Shown: piece by piece, positions 44,479 to 55,177 of the stretch
How the letters are laid out: each line of letters begins with the position of its first letter
Position numbering within the stretch: the stretch's first letter is position 1
DNA from: Eubacteriales bacterium
GTDB taxonomy: Bacteria; Bacillota; Clostridia; Oscillospirales; CAG-272
Direction: 5' to 3'
DNA: 64,000 nt
Assembly: GCA_045128275.1 (NCBI GenBank)
Contig: JBGVRH010000046.1
Coordinates: forward strand, 51,178 to 115,177
Position numbers and translations under genes: made by a program
The notes under the pieces: model-generated
The model's database searches: none
The model's input: the letters and a program-made list of their open reading frames with translations, nothing else
Told to the model about the DNA's origin: nothing

Positions 44479-46317
44479 ATGAACACCAAACCAAACACCT
44501 CCTCCCGCGCCGTCACACCCTGTATTCTGGGCTTTTCGGCGTTGGGTGCGTACTTCGCCGTTCTCTTTTTCGGCGGACTGCTCAATAGCGGCAAGGAGAG
44601 TATCCTTGACCCCGAATTCATCATCCATCTCCATCCCTTGATCTATGCCGTGGCGTGGCTGGTGCTGGCCGCCATTCTTGTGGTGTACGGCTCGGTCTCC
44701 AAGGGGTTTGTCTACGGCTTTTCATGGCTTTCCTCGGTGGGCTACGCGATCCTGACCGCCGTACTGGGGGAGAGCTATTTCCTCACCTTCGCCATGTGCG
44801 GGGTGGTGGCGATCATGACCGTAGCCTGCGGGAGGGCTTTGCGCGCTGACGTGGCCGTGACCAAGAAGAAGACCGAGAGCAAGGGGCTTTCCGCTCTTGG
44901 CGGTAAGGTGGCGGTAGGCATCGTAGCGGTGCTGGGCGGGGGCTTGACTCTGTTTTTGCTCCTCTCCTCCTACCTGTCCTACACCATGTCTCCCTCCGCC
45001 TCCACGGGGGTGTATGTTCAGCTCATGGAATTTCTGAAGAGCGGAATTTCCTTTGATACCACGCTGGAATTCGGAGAGTCGGTGTCCCATCTGGCGGCCC
45101 ATATCTCCCCCATCTTCCTGGTCTATCTGCCCTTCTACGCCGTAATTCCCTCGCCTGTGACCCTCCTGGTATTGCAAACTCTGGCTGTGTTCTCGGCGGT
45201 GGTGCCTATGTGGCTGATCTGTCGGAAGAAGGGACTGTCCCCCGCTCTTTCGGCGGTGGTGTGCGGTCTGCTCTGCCTGTTCCCCGCGGTGTGGGGCGGT
45301 GCGGCGGGGTCTCTCCATGAGTACGCTCTGCTCCTGCCTCTGCTTTTGTGGCTTTTGTGGGCCTTGGAGGCTCGCCGCAAGATCCTGCCTTGGGTCTTCG
45401 CCCTCCTCGTCCTCTGCGTGCGGGAGACCTGCGCCATCCATCTCTTCGCGGTGGGGGCATACCACGCGCTGACGGTGGGGAGCGGCGAGGATACGGCCAA
45501 GAAGGAGCGGGGCCGTGGACTGCTCCTCATGGGTGCTTCCCTTCTCTACTTCGTGGTCGCCATGGCGGTCCTGACCTACGCGGGTAAGGGGACGCTGATC
45601 ACCCGCTTTGACAACGTAACGGGCATCTATGGCACCGACTTCGGCACCCTTCTGCGGGAGATCTTCTACAACCCCGCCATCGCAGTCTACGAGATGCTGA
45701 CTACGGCCAAGCTGCACTATATCCTGTGCCTGCTCCTGCCTCTGGGGCTGATCCCTGTTTTCACTGGGAAGAAGGCGGGACTGGTGTTCCTGCTTCCCTT
45801 CCTGGCCCTCAATCTGCTCTCGGATTTCCCCTACCATTTCAGCCTGGACTTCCCCTACTCCTTCGGGGTCTCGGCTCTTGCTCTCTACCTCTGCGCCGAC
45901 GGGCTGGCGGGACTGACCGCAGATCGTGAGAAGGCTCTGACGGTGAAGCGGCTGACCACCCTGGCGGTGTGCTTTACCCTCATCGTGGGGGGCTTCCGTC
46001 TGGTGGGGTACGGGCTGTTCACCGAGTACGCCGTTCAGGGGCGGGACGAGGTGGCTTCCATGACCGAGCTTCTGGAGGCCGTGGAGGACGGCGCGCCCGT
46101 CAGCGCGTCGGGGCGGTTGATCCCCTCCCTGGCGGCACGGGAGGAGGTCTACTATCTCCACCAGGGACAACTGACCGAGTATGTGGTCATCGACCTGCGG
46201 GAGGAATGGGCCACCGAGGCGGACGCGAAATTTGATGAAAAATACTACACCGACAAGGGCTACACCGTGGTGAAGCGGTGCGCGGACGTTGGGGTGGTGT
46301 TGAAGAAAGGAACTTGA
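44479..46317 (+). CDS. DUF2079-like polytopic membrane protein
   Basis: 612 aa from MNTKPN with many TM helices. The region SHLAAHISPIFLVYLPFY is reminiscent of DUF2079. Confidence 0.6.
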   Translation: MNTKPNTSSRAVTPCILGFSALGAYFAVLFFGGLLNSGKESILDPEFIIHLHPLIYAVAWLVLAAILVVYGSVSKGFVYGFSWLSSVGYAILTAVLGESYFLTFAMCGVVAIMTVACGRALRADVAVTKKKTESKGLSALGGKVAVGIVAVLGGGLTLFLLLSSYLSYTMSPSASTGVYVQLMEFLKSGISFDTTLEFGESVSHLAAHISPIFLVYLPFYAVIPSPVTLLVLQTLAVFSAVVPMWLICRKKGLSPALSAVVCGLLCLFPAVWGGAAGSLHEYALLLPLLLWLLWALEARRKILPWVFALLVLCVRETCAIHLFAVGAYHALTVGSGEDTAKKERGRGLLLMGASLLYFVVAMAVLTYAGKGTLITRFDNVTGIYGTDFGTLLREIFYNPAIAVYEMLTTAKLHYILCLLLPLGLIPVFTGKKAGLVFLLPFLALNLLSDFPYHFSLDFPYSFGVSALALYLCADGLAGLTADREKALTVKRLTTLAVCFTLIVGGFRLVGYGLFTEYAVQGRDEVASMTELLEAVEDGAPVSASGRLIPSLAAREEVYYLHQGQLTEYVVIDLREEWATEADAKFDEKYYTDKGYTVVKRCADVGVVLKKGT

Positions 46318-46319
46318 CC

Positions 46320-47387
46320 ATGCTTTTGACTGATCTGCAACCTGGCGAATGGCGCAAGATCTACCTCCCCGAGGCCTCCTGCGCCTTTGACGGGGACTAC
46401 TGCTTCCACGTCCGCAGGGGGGATGCCTCGCGGCTGATGATCTACCTCTGCGGCGGCGGCGTTTCCTGGGATCGGGACAGTGCCAAGTGGCCCTCTGTCC
46501 CCGAGACCGCCGAGAAGTACGGCCACGTGGGGCTGTACACGGTCTGCGCCGACACCCGACCCGAGGTCATGTCCATCACCACGGGTGCCGAGAGCGGCTT
46601 CCACTCCACCACCGAGGAGAATCCCCTATGTGGCTGGAGCGAGATCATGATCCCCTACGCCACGGGGGATTTCCACACGGGCACGGGAGACCTGACCTTC
46701 ACCGCCGCTGACGGGAGCGAGCGGGTACTGCATCACCACGGCTACCTGAACCTGCAAAAGATTTTGAAGATCGCCCGCGAGCTGTTCCCCTCGGTGGAGC
46801 GACTGTTCATCTGCGGAGAGAGCGCGGGGGCCTTCGGCACGGCGGCTCTGGCGGGGGATATCATGGATGCCTTCCCCGAGTGCGATGACGTGACCATCCT
46901 GGCGGACTCCGCCCTCATGTCCTACGATTGGTCGGACTCCGCCCGCCATATCTGGCAGAGCCCGCCCCACATCGCGGATGCCGTTCAGACCGAGAACATG
47001 GTCACCGACTGGTTCCGCGCGGTCTACGCCAAATACGGGGACAAGCCCCGCTACCTGTTCTCCTGCGGCTGCCGCGACCACATCCTCATCATGTTCCGCG
47101 TCTACGCCGAGACGGGGGTATTCACCATCGACCCCGCGCATTGCGAGGAGTTCCGAGGCAATCTCGCGGCCATGTGTCGGGAGCTGAAGGCGCTGACACC
47201 CAAGTTCTCCTTCTACATCCACGATTTCATGGCGGCAGAGCTGGCTCCCGGAGTCCTGCATTGCAGCTTCGCCAACGGCTACTACACCCATGGACGGATC
47301 GACGGGGTATCCCCCAAGGAGTGGCTGGAGGATGCCATGAACGGCAAGCTCTATGACGTGGGCATGGGGCTTTTGGAGGGTAAGTAA
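46320..47387 (+). CDS. alpha/beta hydrolase (pectin-acetylesterase-like)
   Basis: 355 aa from MLLTDL with motifs LCGGGVSWD and nucleophile elbow ICGESAGAFG. Confidence 0.5.
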   Translation: MLLTDLQPGEWRKIYLPEASCAFDGDYCFHVRRGDASRLMIYLCGGGVSWDRDSAKWPSVPETAEKYGHVGLYTVCADTRPEVMSITTGAESGFHSTTEENPLCGWSEIMIPYATGDFHTGTGDLTFTAADGSERVLHHHGYLNLQKILKIARELFPSVERLFICGESAGAFGTAALAGDIMDAFPECDDVTILADSALMSYDWSDSARHIWQSPPHIADAVQTENMVTDWFRAVYAKYGDKPRYLFSCGCRDHILIMFRVYAETGVFTIDPAHCEEFRGNLAAMCRELKALTPKFSFYIHDFMAAELAPGVLHCSFANGYYTHGRIDGVSPKEWLEDAMNGKLYDVGMGLLEGK

Positions 47388-47402
47388 GCCTCTTTTGTCA
47401 TA

Positions 47403-47447
47403 AAAAAAGTGAAGAACCGCTTTTGGTTGGCGGTTCTTCACTTTTTG
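47403..47447. terminator. bidirectional intrinsic terminator
   Basis: AAAAAGTGAAGAACCGC-ttttggttg-GCGGTTCTTCACTTTTT, between convergent genes. Confidence 0.75.
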
Positions 47448-47458
47448 GTTTGGGGGAA

Positions 47459-47597
47459 TTCAAATTTGGGTTTATCGAAGAGATACAAGATACGGAGATA
47501 CAAGATACAAGATATGGAACGGATTATGCCGTAACGTTTTTTCATATCTTGTATCTTTGTATCTTGTAACTTGTATCTCGCAGAAAAACTGCAATTT
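47459..47597. mobile_element. TIR-bounded long-hairpin element, (GATACAA)n stem type
   Basis: Ends are TTCAAATTTGGGTTTATCG and CGCAGAAAAACTGCAATTT. The left arm GATACAAGATACGGAGATACAAGATACAAGATAT is identical to the copy at 21420. Confidence 0.6.
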
Positions 47598-47630
47598 GAA
47601 AGTAAACAAGAAACGAATCTAATGCCCCGA

Positions 47631-48650
47631 TCAAGGCGTGATGATAAACTTTCCCCTTGCGCGGAGCTGGCCATCCGCCAGGATCTCGGGGAGCTTGTCC
47701 AGGGGCTCGCAGGCGTAGACCATGGAGGAGACGTCGATCTTGCCGCCGTCGATGAGATCCAGGGCGCGCTTCTGGGTATAGGGGTTGATGAAGGAGGCCT
47801 TGAGGGTGATCTCCTTCTTGAAGATCTCGAAGGGCTTTATGGGCATCTCGTCGGCGGGGGCGGTAAGGCCGAAGAGCATGACGGTGGACTTCTTGCCCGC
47901 GATGGCAATGGCCTGCTGCATGGTGGCGACCTTACCTACGCACTCGATGACGCAGGCGATGCGGTCGATGCCCTTGGCGGCCAGCACGGCTTTCACGTCC
48001 TCGGTCATAGGGTCGATGGTGAGATCCGCGCCCAGCTTGACGGCGAGGTCACGCTTCTCGGCTACGGGCTCCATGAGGATGAGCTTGCCCGCTCCAGAAA
48101 GCTTGGCCAGCTGGAGCATGAGCAGACCGATCATGCCGCCGCCGATGACGGCTACGGTGTCGCCGGGCTTGATCTCGCAGAGGTCGATTCCGTGGACACA
48201 GCAGGCCACGGGCTCGGTCATGGCGGCCATCTCGTAGGTGGTGGTGTCGGCGATCTTGTAGACCTGGGACTGGGGGACGGCGCAGTACTCGGCAAAGCCG
48301 CCGTGGACGGTGGTGCCGATGCCGATCATGTGCTCGCAGAAGTGGCCGATGCCCGCCTTGCAGTAGGGGCATTCGTTGCAGAGCTTATTGGGGTCGACGC
48401 AAACGCGGTCGCCCACCTTGACCGAGGTCACGCCCTCGCCCACGGCCTCCACGATGCCCGCGAACTCATGGCCCAGGACTGTCCCCGCGGGGGTGGCGGC
48501 GGCTCCCTCGTCGCCGTGATAGATATGAACGTCGGTACCGCAGATACCGCAGGCCTTGACCTTCAGGAGGACTTCGCCTGCCTTGGGGGTGGGCTTGGGA
48601 ATATCGAGGATGCGGAGATCAGTGGCTTGATAGAATACGGCGGCTTTCAT
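47631..48650 (-). CDS. zinc-dependent alcohol dehydrogenase family (threonine/sorbitol dehydrogenase-like)
   Basis: 339 aa with motifs GHEFAGIV, structural-zinc CNECPYCKAGIGHFC and GGGMIGL. Confidence 0.9.
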   Translation of the reverse strand: MKAAVFYQATDLRILDIPKPTPKAGEVLLKVKACGICGTDVHIYHGDEGAAATPAGTVLGHEFAGIVEAVGEGVTSVKVGDRVCVDPNKLCNECPYCKAGIGHFCEHMIGIGTTVHGGFAEYCAVPQSQVYKIADTTTYEMAAMTEPVACCVHGIDLCEIKPGDTVAVIGGGMIGLLMLQLAKLSGAGKLILMEPVAEKRDLAVKLGADLTIDPMTEDVKAVLAAKGIDRIACVIECVGKVATMQQAIAIAGKKSTVMLFGLTAPADEMPIKPFEIFKKEITLKASFINPYTQKRALDLIDGGKIDVSSMVYACEPLDKLPEILADGQLRARGKFIITP

Positions 48651-48827
48651 AGGGTTACCTCCCGTTGTTTATGTTGTCTTTAGTATAGCACAGATCGGTC
48701 GGGAAATCAAGATGTCAGCGGAAACTTTTGACGGTGTATGGGAAATTTGTTTCCCGCCGCATACCGCGCGTCCCGCCTGTCCATACTCTCCCTACCCGCA
48801 AGGGAATCCATATTTCAGGAGGAGACT

Positions 48828-49283
48828 ATGGTACTCACCCAAAAGGAAGCCACCCTCATCAAGGATCTGAAGGGCCAGGAGCAGCTCTGCATCGACAAGT
48901 ACACGAAGCACGCCGAGTGCGCCCACGATCCCCAGCTCAAGCAGCTATTCAGCCGTATCGCAGAGGTGGAAAGGGGGCATCTGAGCACTCTGACCCAGAT
49001 GGAGAACGGCACCGCGCCCGCCACGGGTGGCGGCGGTCAGTCCTCGATCCCCGCCTTTACCGCCTACCACACCCAGGCCGAGACCCCCGAGAAGAAGCAG
49101 GACTGCTACCTCTGCACCGACCTGCTCACCACCGAGAAGCACGCCTCGGGGCTGTATGACACCTGCGTCTTTGAATTCGGTCAGACCGAGCTGCGCAAGG
49201 CCTTGAACCACATCCAGACCGAGGAGCAGGAGCACGGGGAGATGATCTACAAGTATATGAAGGCGAATTCTATGTATTCGTGA
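48828..49283 (+). CDS. cotF: spore coat protein F-like (Coat_F domain)
   Basis: 151 aa from MVLTQKEATLIKDLKGQEQLCIDKYTKHAE.... AGGAGG RBS. Confidence 0.75.
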   Translation: MVLTQKEATLIKDLKGQEQLCIDKYTKHAECAHDPQLKQLFSRIAEVERGHLSTLTQMENGTAPATGGGGQSSIPAFTAYHTQAETPEKKQDCYLCTDLLTTEKHASGLYDTCVFEFGQTELRKALNHIQTEEQEHGEMIYKYMKANSMYS

Positions 49284-49316
49284 GCTTTTTGGGGAGCATC
49301 GATGACGATGCTCCCT

Positions 49317-49529
49317 TTCAAATTTGGGTTTATCGCAGAGCGATAAACCCAAATTTGAAGTGAAAAGTGAAGAGTGAAAAGTGAAGAGTGGAGGTGCAGA
49401 TCCTTCGGATCTGTCCATTTTTGATCAAAAAGAAGGAAACCGAAGGTTTCCCTCCTCACCTCTTCACTATTCACTATTACTTATTACTTCAATTGCGGTT
49501 TTCGGTCGCAGACCGATAAACTGCAATTT
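49317..49529. mobile_element. composite hairpin-ended element with 28-nt conserved core, (GTGAAGA)n stem type
   Basis: Perfect 18-bp P hairpin CAAATTTGGGTTTATCGC-aga-GCGATAAACCCAAATTTG, GTGAARA arms, core identical to 44252-44279 at 49393-49420, and Q hairpin AATTGCGGTTTTCGGTC-gca-GACCGATAAACTGCAATT. Confidence 0.6.
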
Positions 49530-49732
49530 AAATAATTTCCTCCCCGAATATGAACAATAAATAATTTTGTAAAAATTCTTCAATACCTATGGAAATTTTC
49601 TCAAAAGTATGATATAATGAGTAGAAAACTATACTCGGATACCAGTATCATCTGAAAAAGTATCGAGTTTTACCATATTCTGTCAGCTTCTTGGTTTCGC
49701 TGACCCTACTTTTGAAAGGATTCCCCGTATTT

Positions 49733-52168
49733 ATGTCCAAGTATATTGAAAAAGCCGAAAATCAGACCCTGCCCCTCGTCGTTCTGCGGGGTGTGGTGGC
49801 CTTCCCCGGCATGACCGTCAACTGCGATGTGCAGAAGGACAGCTTCAAGTCCCCCGCCGCCGCCCAGTCCGCGGCCACAGGCGGAGAGCTTGTGGTGCTG
49901 GCTTCCCTGCTGGATATTTCCGAGCCCGACACGGGTGAGGCAGACATCCAGAAGCTCTGCCCCGTAGGCACCGTGGCCCGCATCAAGCAGCTGGTTCGTA
50001 CCCCCGACGGCGATACCCGTCTCATTGCCGAGGGTCTCTGCCGCGCTCAGCTGGGCTCCATCATTGAGCTTGGTAAGTTCACCGTCGCCAACGTCATCTC
50101 CAAGACCGTCATCACCGACGACAACGGAGGGTTGGAGGGCGAGGCCTACATCCGCGAGGCCAACAAGGTTCTCCAGGGTGTGGTGCGCTTCATCCCTGCC
50201 GTGGCCGACGATATCATGACCCACGTCTCTACCATCAAGAATCCCGGGCTGTACGCCGACTTCGTGGCCGCCAACATCCTGACCCGTTATGAGGACAAGC
50301 AGGCCATTCTGGAGTGCTTCGAGCCCATGGTGCGCATCGACACCCTCATCCTCCTCCTCAAGCACGAGGGCGATCTGCTCTCCACCGAGAGGGAGATCAA
50401 TCGCCGCGTCCGCGCCCGCATCGACCGCAATCAGCGGGAATACTACCTCCGCGAGGAGATGAAGGTCATCCAGGACGAGCTGGGTGACGGCGGCAGCGAC
50501 CCCGATGAGTTCTACAACCGCATTCTGGAGGCACATCTGCCCACCGAAATTGAGGAAAAGCTCTTGAAGGAGAACGCCAAGCTGGCCCGCCTCCCCTTCG
50601 GCTCGGCTGAGTCCTCGGTCATCACCAACTATCTGGAAACCTGCCTCGATCTGCCCTGGACCAAGTCCACCCGCGACCGCGTGGACGTGGCCGCCGCAAG
50701 AAAGGTGCTGGACGCCGACCACGACGGCATGGAGAAGGTCAAGGAGCGTATCCTGGAGTTCCTGGCCGTCAAGCAGATCGCCCCCGAGCTGAAGAATCAG
50801 ATCATCTGTCTCGTAGGCCCTCCCGGTGTGGGTAAGACCTCCATCGCCGCCTCCATCGCCCGCGCCATGAAGCGCAAGTACGTCCGTGTCTCTCTGGGCG
50901 GTGTGCGGGACGAGAGCGACATCCGCGGTCACAGAAAGACCTACATCGGCGCCATGCCCGGCCGTATCGTCACGGCTCTGACCCAGGTGGGGGTACGCAA
51001 TCCCCTCATGCTCCTGGACGAGATCGACAAGCTGACCCGCGACAACCACGGCGACCCCTCCTCCGCCCTCTTGGAGGTACTGGATCCCGAGCAGAACAAG
51101 TTCTTCCGCGACCATTTCGTGGAGATGCCCTTCGACCTCTCCGACACCCTCTTCATCTGCACCGCTAACACGCTGGACACCATCCCCAAGCCTCTTCTGG
51201 ACAGAATGGAGGTCATCCAGCTTCCCTCCTATACCAAGAACGAGAAGATTTCCATTGCTCTGAACCATCTGATCCCCAAGCAGCTTAAGAAGCACGGTCT
51301 GACCCGCCGCACCCTCAAGATCACCGAGGAGGCCGTGGGGGAGATCATCGACTACTACACCCGCGAGGCGGGCGTGCGTAACCTGGAGCGCTCCATCGCG
51401 TCCCTCTGCCGCAAGGCCGCCAAGCGGCTGGTGGAGGAGCCCGAGACCAAGCGTGTCACGGTGGACGCCGCCGACGTGAAGGTCTACCTGGGCGCCCGCA
51501 AGCTCCTGCCCGAGCGCATCTCCCCCGAGGACGAGGTGGGCGTGGTCAACGGACTGGCCTACACCGAGGTAGGCGGCGATATGCTCCGTGTGGAGGTAGC
51601 CGTACTGGAGGGCTCCGGCAAGCTGGAGCTGACCGGCTCTCTGGGCGACGTCATGAAGGAATCGGCTCACGCCGCTCTGACCTTCGTGCGCTCCATCGCT
51701 TCCCAGTACAACATTCCCTCCGACTTCTACCAGAAGAAGGACATCCATATCCACGTCCCCGAGGGCGCAGTGCCCAAGGACGGCCCCTCGGCGGGTGTCA
51801 CCATGACCACCGCGCTGGTGTCGGCTCTTTCGGGTATTCCCGTCCGCCGCGATATCGCCATGACGGGTGAGGTCACCCTCCGCGGCAACGTCCTGGCCAT
51901 CGGCGGGCTGAAGGAGAAGACCATGGCCGCCTACGCCGCCGGGATCACCACCGTCTGCATCCCCGCCGACAATATGGGCGATCTGGACGAGATCGATCCC
52001 ATCGTCCGCGAGAATCTGACCTTTATCCCCTGCCGCAAGGCGGGCGAGGTGCTGGCCGCCGCGCTGGTACTGCCCGAGGCCAAGGCCTCCGTGAAGGTCG
52101 CCGCAACCGATACGCCCGAGGTCATGATGACCCCCGAGGTGACGGTTCGTCCCTCTACTACTCTGTAA
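49733..52168 (+). CDS. lon: ATP-dependent Lon protease
   Basis: 811 aa with Walker [10 protein letters not shown] and catalytic PKDGPSAGV. Confidence 0.95.
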   Translation: MSKYIEKAENQTLPLVVLRGVVAFPGMTVNCDVQKDSFKSPAAAQSAATGGELVVLASLLDISEPDTGEADIQKLCPVGTVARIKQLVRTPDGDTRLIAEGLCRAQLGSIIELGKFTVANVISKTVITDDNGGLEGEAYIREANKVLQGVVRFIPAVADDIMTHVSTIKNPGLYADFVAANILTRYEDKQAILECFEPMVRIDTLILLLKHEGDLLSTEREINRRVRARIDRNQREYYLREEMKVIQDELGDGGSDPDEFYNRILEAHLPTEIEEKLLKENAKLARLPFGSAESSVITNYLETCLDLPWTKSTRDRVDVAAARKVLDADHDGMEKVKERILEFLAVKQIAPELKNQIICLVGPPGVGKTSIAASIARAMKRKYVRVSLGGVRDESDIRGHRKTYIGAMPGRIVTALTQVGVRNPLMLLDEIDKLTRDNHGDPSSALLEVLDPEQNKFFRDHFVEMPFDLSDTLFICTANTLDTIPKPLLDRMEVIQLPSYTKNEKISIALNHLIPKQLKKHGLTRRTLKITEEAVGEIIDYYTREAGVRNLERSIASLCRKAAKRLVEEPETKRVTVDAADVKVYLGARKLLPERISPEDEVGVVNGLAYTEVGGDMLRVEVAVLEGSGKLELTGSLGDVMKESAHAALTFVRSIASQYNIPSDFYQKKDIHIHVPEGAVPKDGPSAGVTMTTALVSALSGIPVRRDIAMTGEVTLRGNVLAIGGLKEKTMAAYAAGITTVCIPADNMGDLDEIDPIVRENLTFIPCRKAGEVLAAALVLPEAKASVKVAATDTPEVMMTPEVTVRPSTTL

Positions 52169-52186
52169 TATAAGGAGGAGACCGCT

Positions 52187-52807
52187 ATGGCATCCCCCAT
52201 CAATCTGCAAAACGTAAACCTCCGCATGACGGCAGGTGAGATCCGTCAGTTCCCCTCGGATCCCATCCCCCAGATCGCTCTGTCGGGTCGCTCCAACGTG
52301 GGCAAAAGCTCCCTGATCAACACCCTCCTGGGGCGCAAGTCCCTGGCGCGGGTCAGCTCTGCCCCCGGCAAGACCATCACCATCAACTTCTACGAGATCG
52401 ACAAGAAGATCTTCCTGGTGGACCTCCCCGGCTACGGCTTTGCCAAGCGCCCCAAGGAGGATCAGATCAAGTGGCAGATGCTGACCGACGGATTCTTCAC
52501 CAAGAACCCCAACCTTGACCGTCTGGCCGCCGTGGCCCAGCTGGTGGACAGCCGCATCGGGCTCACCGACGACGACCGCGCCATGGTGGACTACCTCCGC
52601 GCCGCAGGCATTCCCTACTTTATCATCGCCACCAAGGTGGATAAGCTCAATGCCACCGAGCGCAAGAATAACCTGGCCGCCATCGCCACCGATCCCGCTC
52701 TGGACGAGGATACCGTGATCATTCCCTTCTCCTCCCTCAAAAACGAGGGACGGGAGGACGTGCTCCGTCAGATCGGTGTCATGACGGGCGTGAGAATGAG
52801 CAAGTAA
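52187..52807 (+). CDS. engB: ribosome-biogenesis GTPase YsxC/EngB
   Basis: 206 aa with G1 GRSNVGKSS, G3 DLPGYG and G4 TKVDK. lon-ysxC synteny. Confidence 0.9.
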   Translation: MASPINLQNVNLRMTAGEIRQFPSDPIPQIALSGRSNVGKSSLINTLLGRKSLARVSSAPGKTITINFYEIDKKIFLVDLPGYGFAKRPKEDQIKWQMLTDGFFTKNPNLDRLAAVAQLVDSRIGLTDDDRAMVDYLRAAGIPYFIIATKVDKLNATERKNNLAAIATDPALDEDTVIIPFSSLKNEGREDVLRQIGVMTGVRMSK

Positions 52808-52834
52808 AATCTAACTCCATCAAGGAATTTTCCC

Positions 52835-54139
52835 ATGAATCTTCTGTATAACCATCTTTCCGTCAATCAGGACGGCCACCTCGCCATCGGCGGGCTGGAC
52901 ACCCTCGCGCTGGCCAAGCAGTTCGGCACCCCCGCCTACATCATGGACGAGGACGCCATCCGCACCATGATGCGCACCTATCTGAACGCCGCTCACACCT
53001 ACTTCGGTGCCGACGCGCTGCCTCTCTACGCCTCCAAGGCTCTGTGCTTCACGGGGATCTACAGGATCGCCGCCGAGGAGGGCATGGGGGTGGACTGCGT
53101 ATCGGGGGGCGAGCTGTACACCGCCAAGCGCGCGGGCTTCCCTGCCGAGCGCATCTACTTCCACGGCAACAACAAGACCGAGCGGGATATCGACGATGCC
53201 ATGGACATGGGCGTGGGTACCTTCGTGGTGGACAATACCGACGAGCTTCTGTCGGTGGAGTCCCACGCCGCTGCAAGAGGCATCACCCAGCGCATCCTGC
53301 TCCGCATCACCCCCGGTATCGATCCCCATACCCACAAGGCCATCGTAACCGGCTCGGTGGATTCCAAGTTCGGCTCCGCCATTGAGACGGGACAGGCTAT
53401 GGCCATCGTCAAGCTGGCTCTCGCCCAGCCCCACATCCATCTGTCGGGCTTCCATTGCCACATCGGCTCCCAGATCTTCGACACCGATCCCTTCTCCGAG
53501 GCCGCCGACATTATGGTGAAGTTCATCGCCTCCGTCAAGGCCGCGTGCGGATATGAGGTGGAGGAGCTGAACCTGGGCGGTGGATTGGGCGTGCCCTACA
53601 CCGAGTTTGACCGCCCCGTGGACTACGCCGCCGCTATCAAGGATATGGCCGCTATCGTCCACGGCTATTGCGACACCCACGGCGTCAAGATGCCCAAGGT
53701 CATCCTGGAGCCGGGCCGTTCCCTGGTGGCCGCCGCAGGCATCACCCTGTACACCGTGGGCTCCGTCAAGACCATCCCCGGCTTCCGCACCTACGTGTCG
53801 GTGGACGGCGGTATGCCCGACAACCCCCGCTACGCCCTGTACCAGTCTACATATACCGCTCTCATCGCCGACCGCCCCAACGAGCCTCGGGACTGCCGCG
53901 TGACCGTCGCGGGCCGCTGTTGTGAGTCGGGGGATCTCATCGGTGAGGATATGCCCCTGCAGGAGGCTCACCGCGGCGACATTCTCGCGGTGCTGACCAC
54001 GGGCGCGTACAACTTCGCCATGGCATCCAACTACAACCGTCTGCCCCGTCCCCCCGTGATCCTGGTGAAGGACGGCGAGGCCAGAGTGGCGGTCAAGCGG
54101 GAGACCTATGAGGATCTGGTCAAAAACGATGTGATCTGA
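52835..54139 (+). CDS. lysA: diaminopimelate decarboxylase
   Basis: 434 aa with PLP-fold motifs (YASKAL, HGNNKT, GGGLG, CESGD). Confidence 0.95.
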   Translation: MNLLYNHLSVNQDGHLAIGGLDTLALAKQFGTPAYIMDEDAIRTMMRTYLNAAHTYFGADALPLYASKALCFTGIYRIAAEEGMGVDCVSGGELYTAKRAGFPAERIYFHGNNKTERDIDDAMDMGVGTFVVDNTDELLSVESHAAARGITQRILLRITPGIDPHTHKAIVTGSVDSKFGSAIETGQAMAIVKLALAQPHIHLSGFHCHIGSQIFDTDPFSEAADIMVKFIASVKAACGYEVEELNLGGGLGVPYTEFDRPVDYAAAIKDMAAIVHGYCDTHGVKMPKVILEPGRSLVAAAGITLYTVGSVKTIPGFRTYVSVDGGMPDNPRYALYQSTYTALIADRPNEPRDCRVTVAGRCCESGDLIGEDMPLQEAHRGDILAVLTTGAYNFAMASNYNRLPRPPVILVKDGEARVAVKRETYEDLVKNDVI

Positions 54140-54142
54140 AAA

Positions 54143-54373
54143 AATGCGTAATTCGTAATGCGTAATTCGTAATGCGTAATTGCGGAAGCCCTTCGCCAAA
54201 GCGAAAGCCGATCTCATGGCAGTTCATGAGAGCTTTATGGTTGGAAAACATACCGTCCCCCAAGGAAATCGTTGCAAATGGGGATGGATGAAATTTCCCT
54301 ACCATGCAATCATATCTTTCCAAAGGCAAAATGCTCCATTCATTACGAATTGCGAATTACGAATTGCGAATTA
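54143..54373. repeat. inverted (CGTAATK)n heptamer arms around a ~160-nt unique centre
   Basis: Left arm aatgcgtaattcgtaatgcgtaattcgtaatgcgtaatt (54143-54181). Right arm cattacgaattgcgaattacgaattgcgaatta (54341-54373). Starts 3 nt after the lysA stop. Confidence 0.8.
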
Positions 54374-54412
54374 TTCCGTTTCTCCCTTCCCTGCCTCGAA
54401 AGGAGGTATCTC

Positions 54413-55153
54413 ATGCCTTTTCTCTCCGATATCCTGCTGATGCTTCTCTCCCTGCCCGTCATGCTCATGGCCCTTTCGGTTCACGAATCCGCCCACGGCT
54501 ACGCGGCCTACAGGCTGGGAGACCCCACCGCCCACAGTTTAGGGCGCATCACCCTCAACCCCGTCAAGCACTTTGACCTCTTCGGCTTTCTGTCCATGCT
54601 GATCTTCCACATCGGCTGGGCCAAGCCCGTTCCCGTCAACGCCCGCTACTTCAAGAATCCCCGCAGGGACTTCGCCATCGTGGGCGCGGCGGGCCCTCTG
54701 TCCAATATCTGCCTCGCGCTGATCCATCTTCTGATCCTGCGCCTGGTTATGATCTACGCCACGAATACCGTTGTGAACGGCACCCTTACCGAGGGTGTGT
54801 GGATGACGGTGCTGGCTCTCGTGGTCTACCTCCTCTACATGGGAGTGGCCATGAATATCATCCTGGCCATCTTCAATCTCATTCCCATCCCCCCCTTTGA
54901 CGGCTCCCGCATCTTCTACGCCTTCCTGCCTCCCAAGTGGTACTTCGGGGTCATGAAGTATGAGCGCTACATCATGCTGGGGTGCATCATTCTGTTCTTC
55001 GTCATGCGGCGCATGAATGTCAACCCTCTGGGCGTTTTCGAGGGCTGGGTGATCAACGGACTGTTCACCGTCACGGGTATGGGAAAGGGCACCCTTGAGC
55101 TGGGGGTGTTCAACTACCTGAACGCCTATCTGGCCAATCTTCTGTTCGGATAA
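54413..55153 (+). CDS. site-2 protease family (M50) membrane metallopeptidase
   Basis: 246 aa from MPFLSD with AGGAGG RBS. HESAHGY HExxH motif and NLIPIPPFDGS motif. Confidence 0.8.
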   Translation: MPFLSDILLMLLSLPVMLMALSVHESAHGYAAYRLGDPTAHSLGRITLNPVKHFDLFGFLSMLIFHIGWAKPVPVNARYFKNPRRDFAIVGAAGPLSNICLALIHLLILRLVMIYATNTVVNGTLTEGVWMTVLALVVYLLYMGVAMNIILAIFNLIPIPPFDGSRIFYAFLPPKWYFGVMKYERYIMLGCIILFFVMRRMNVNPLGVFEGWVINGLFTVTGMGKGTLELGVFNYLNAYLANLLFG

Positions 55154-55177
55154 AATTCTCATGAAAGGAGCGCGGAA

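Noticed and set aside
52808-52834. Looked for a lysine riboswitch (L-box) or T-box upstream of lysA.
   Set aside because: Only 27 nt separate the ysxC stop from the lysA start, which is too short for either leader.
54120-54440. ORFs 54120-54329 (-) and 54180-54440 (+) inside the heptamer-armed element.
   Set aside because: Both read through the CGTAATK repeat arms (LRITNYALRITH / ITNCELRIANY) and lack an RBS. The + ORF runs in another frame across the well-supported M50 start, which has AGGAGG.
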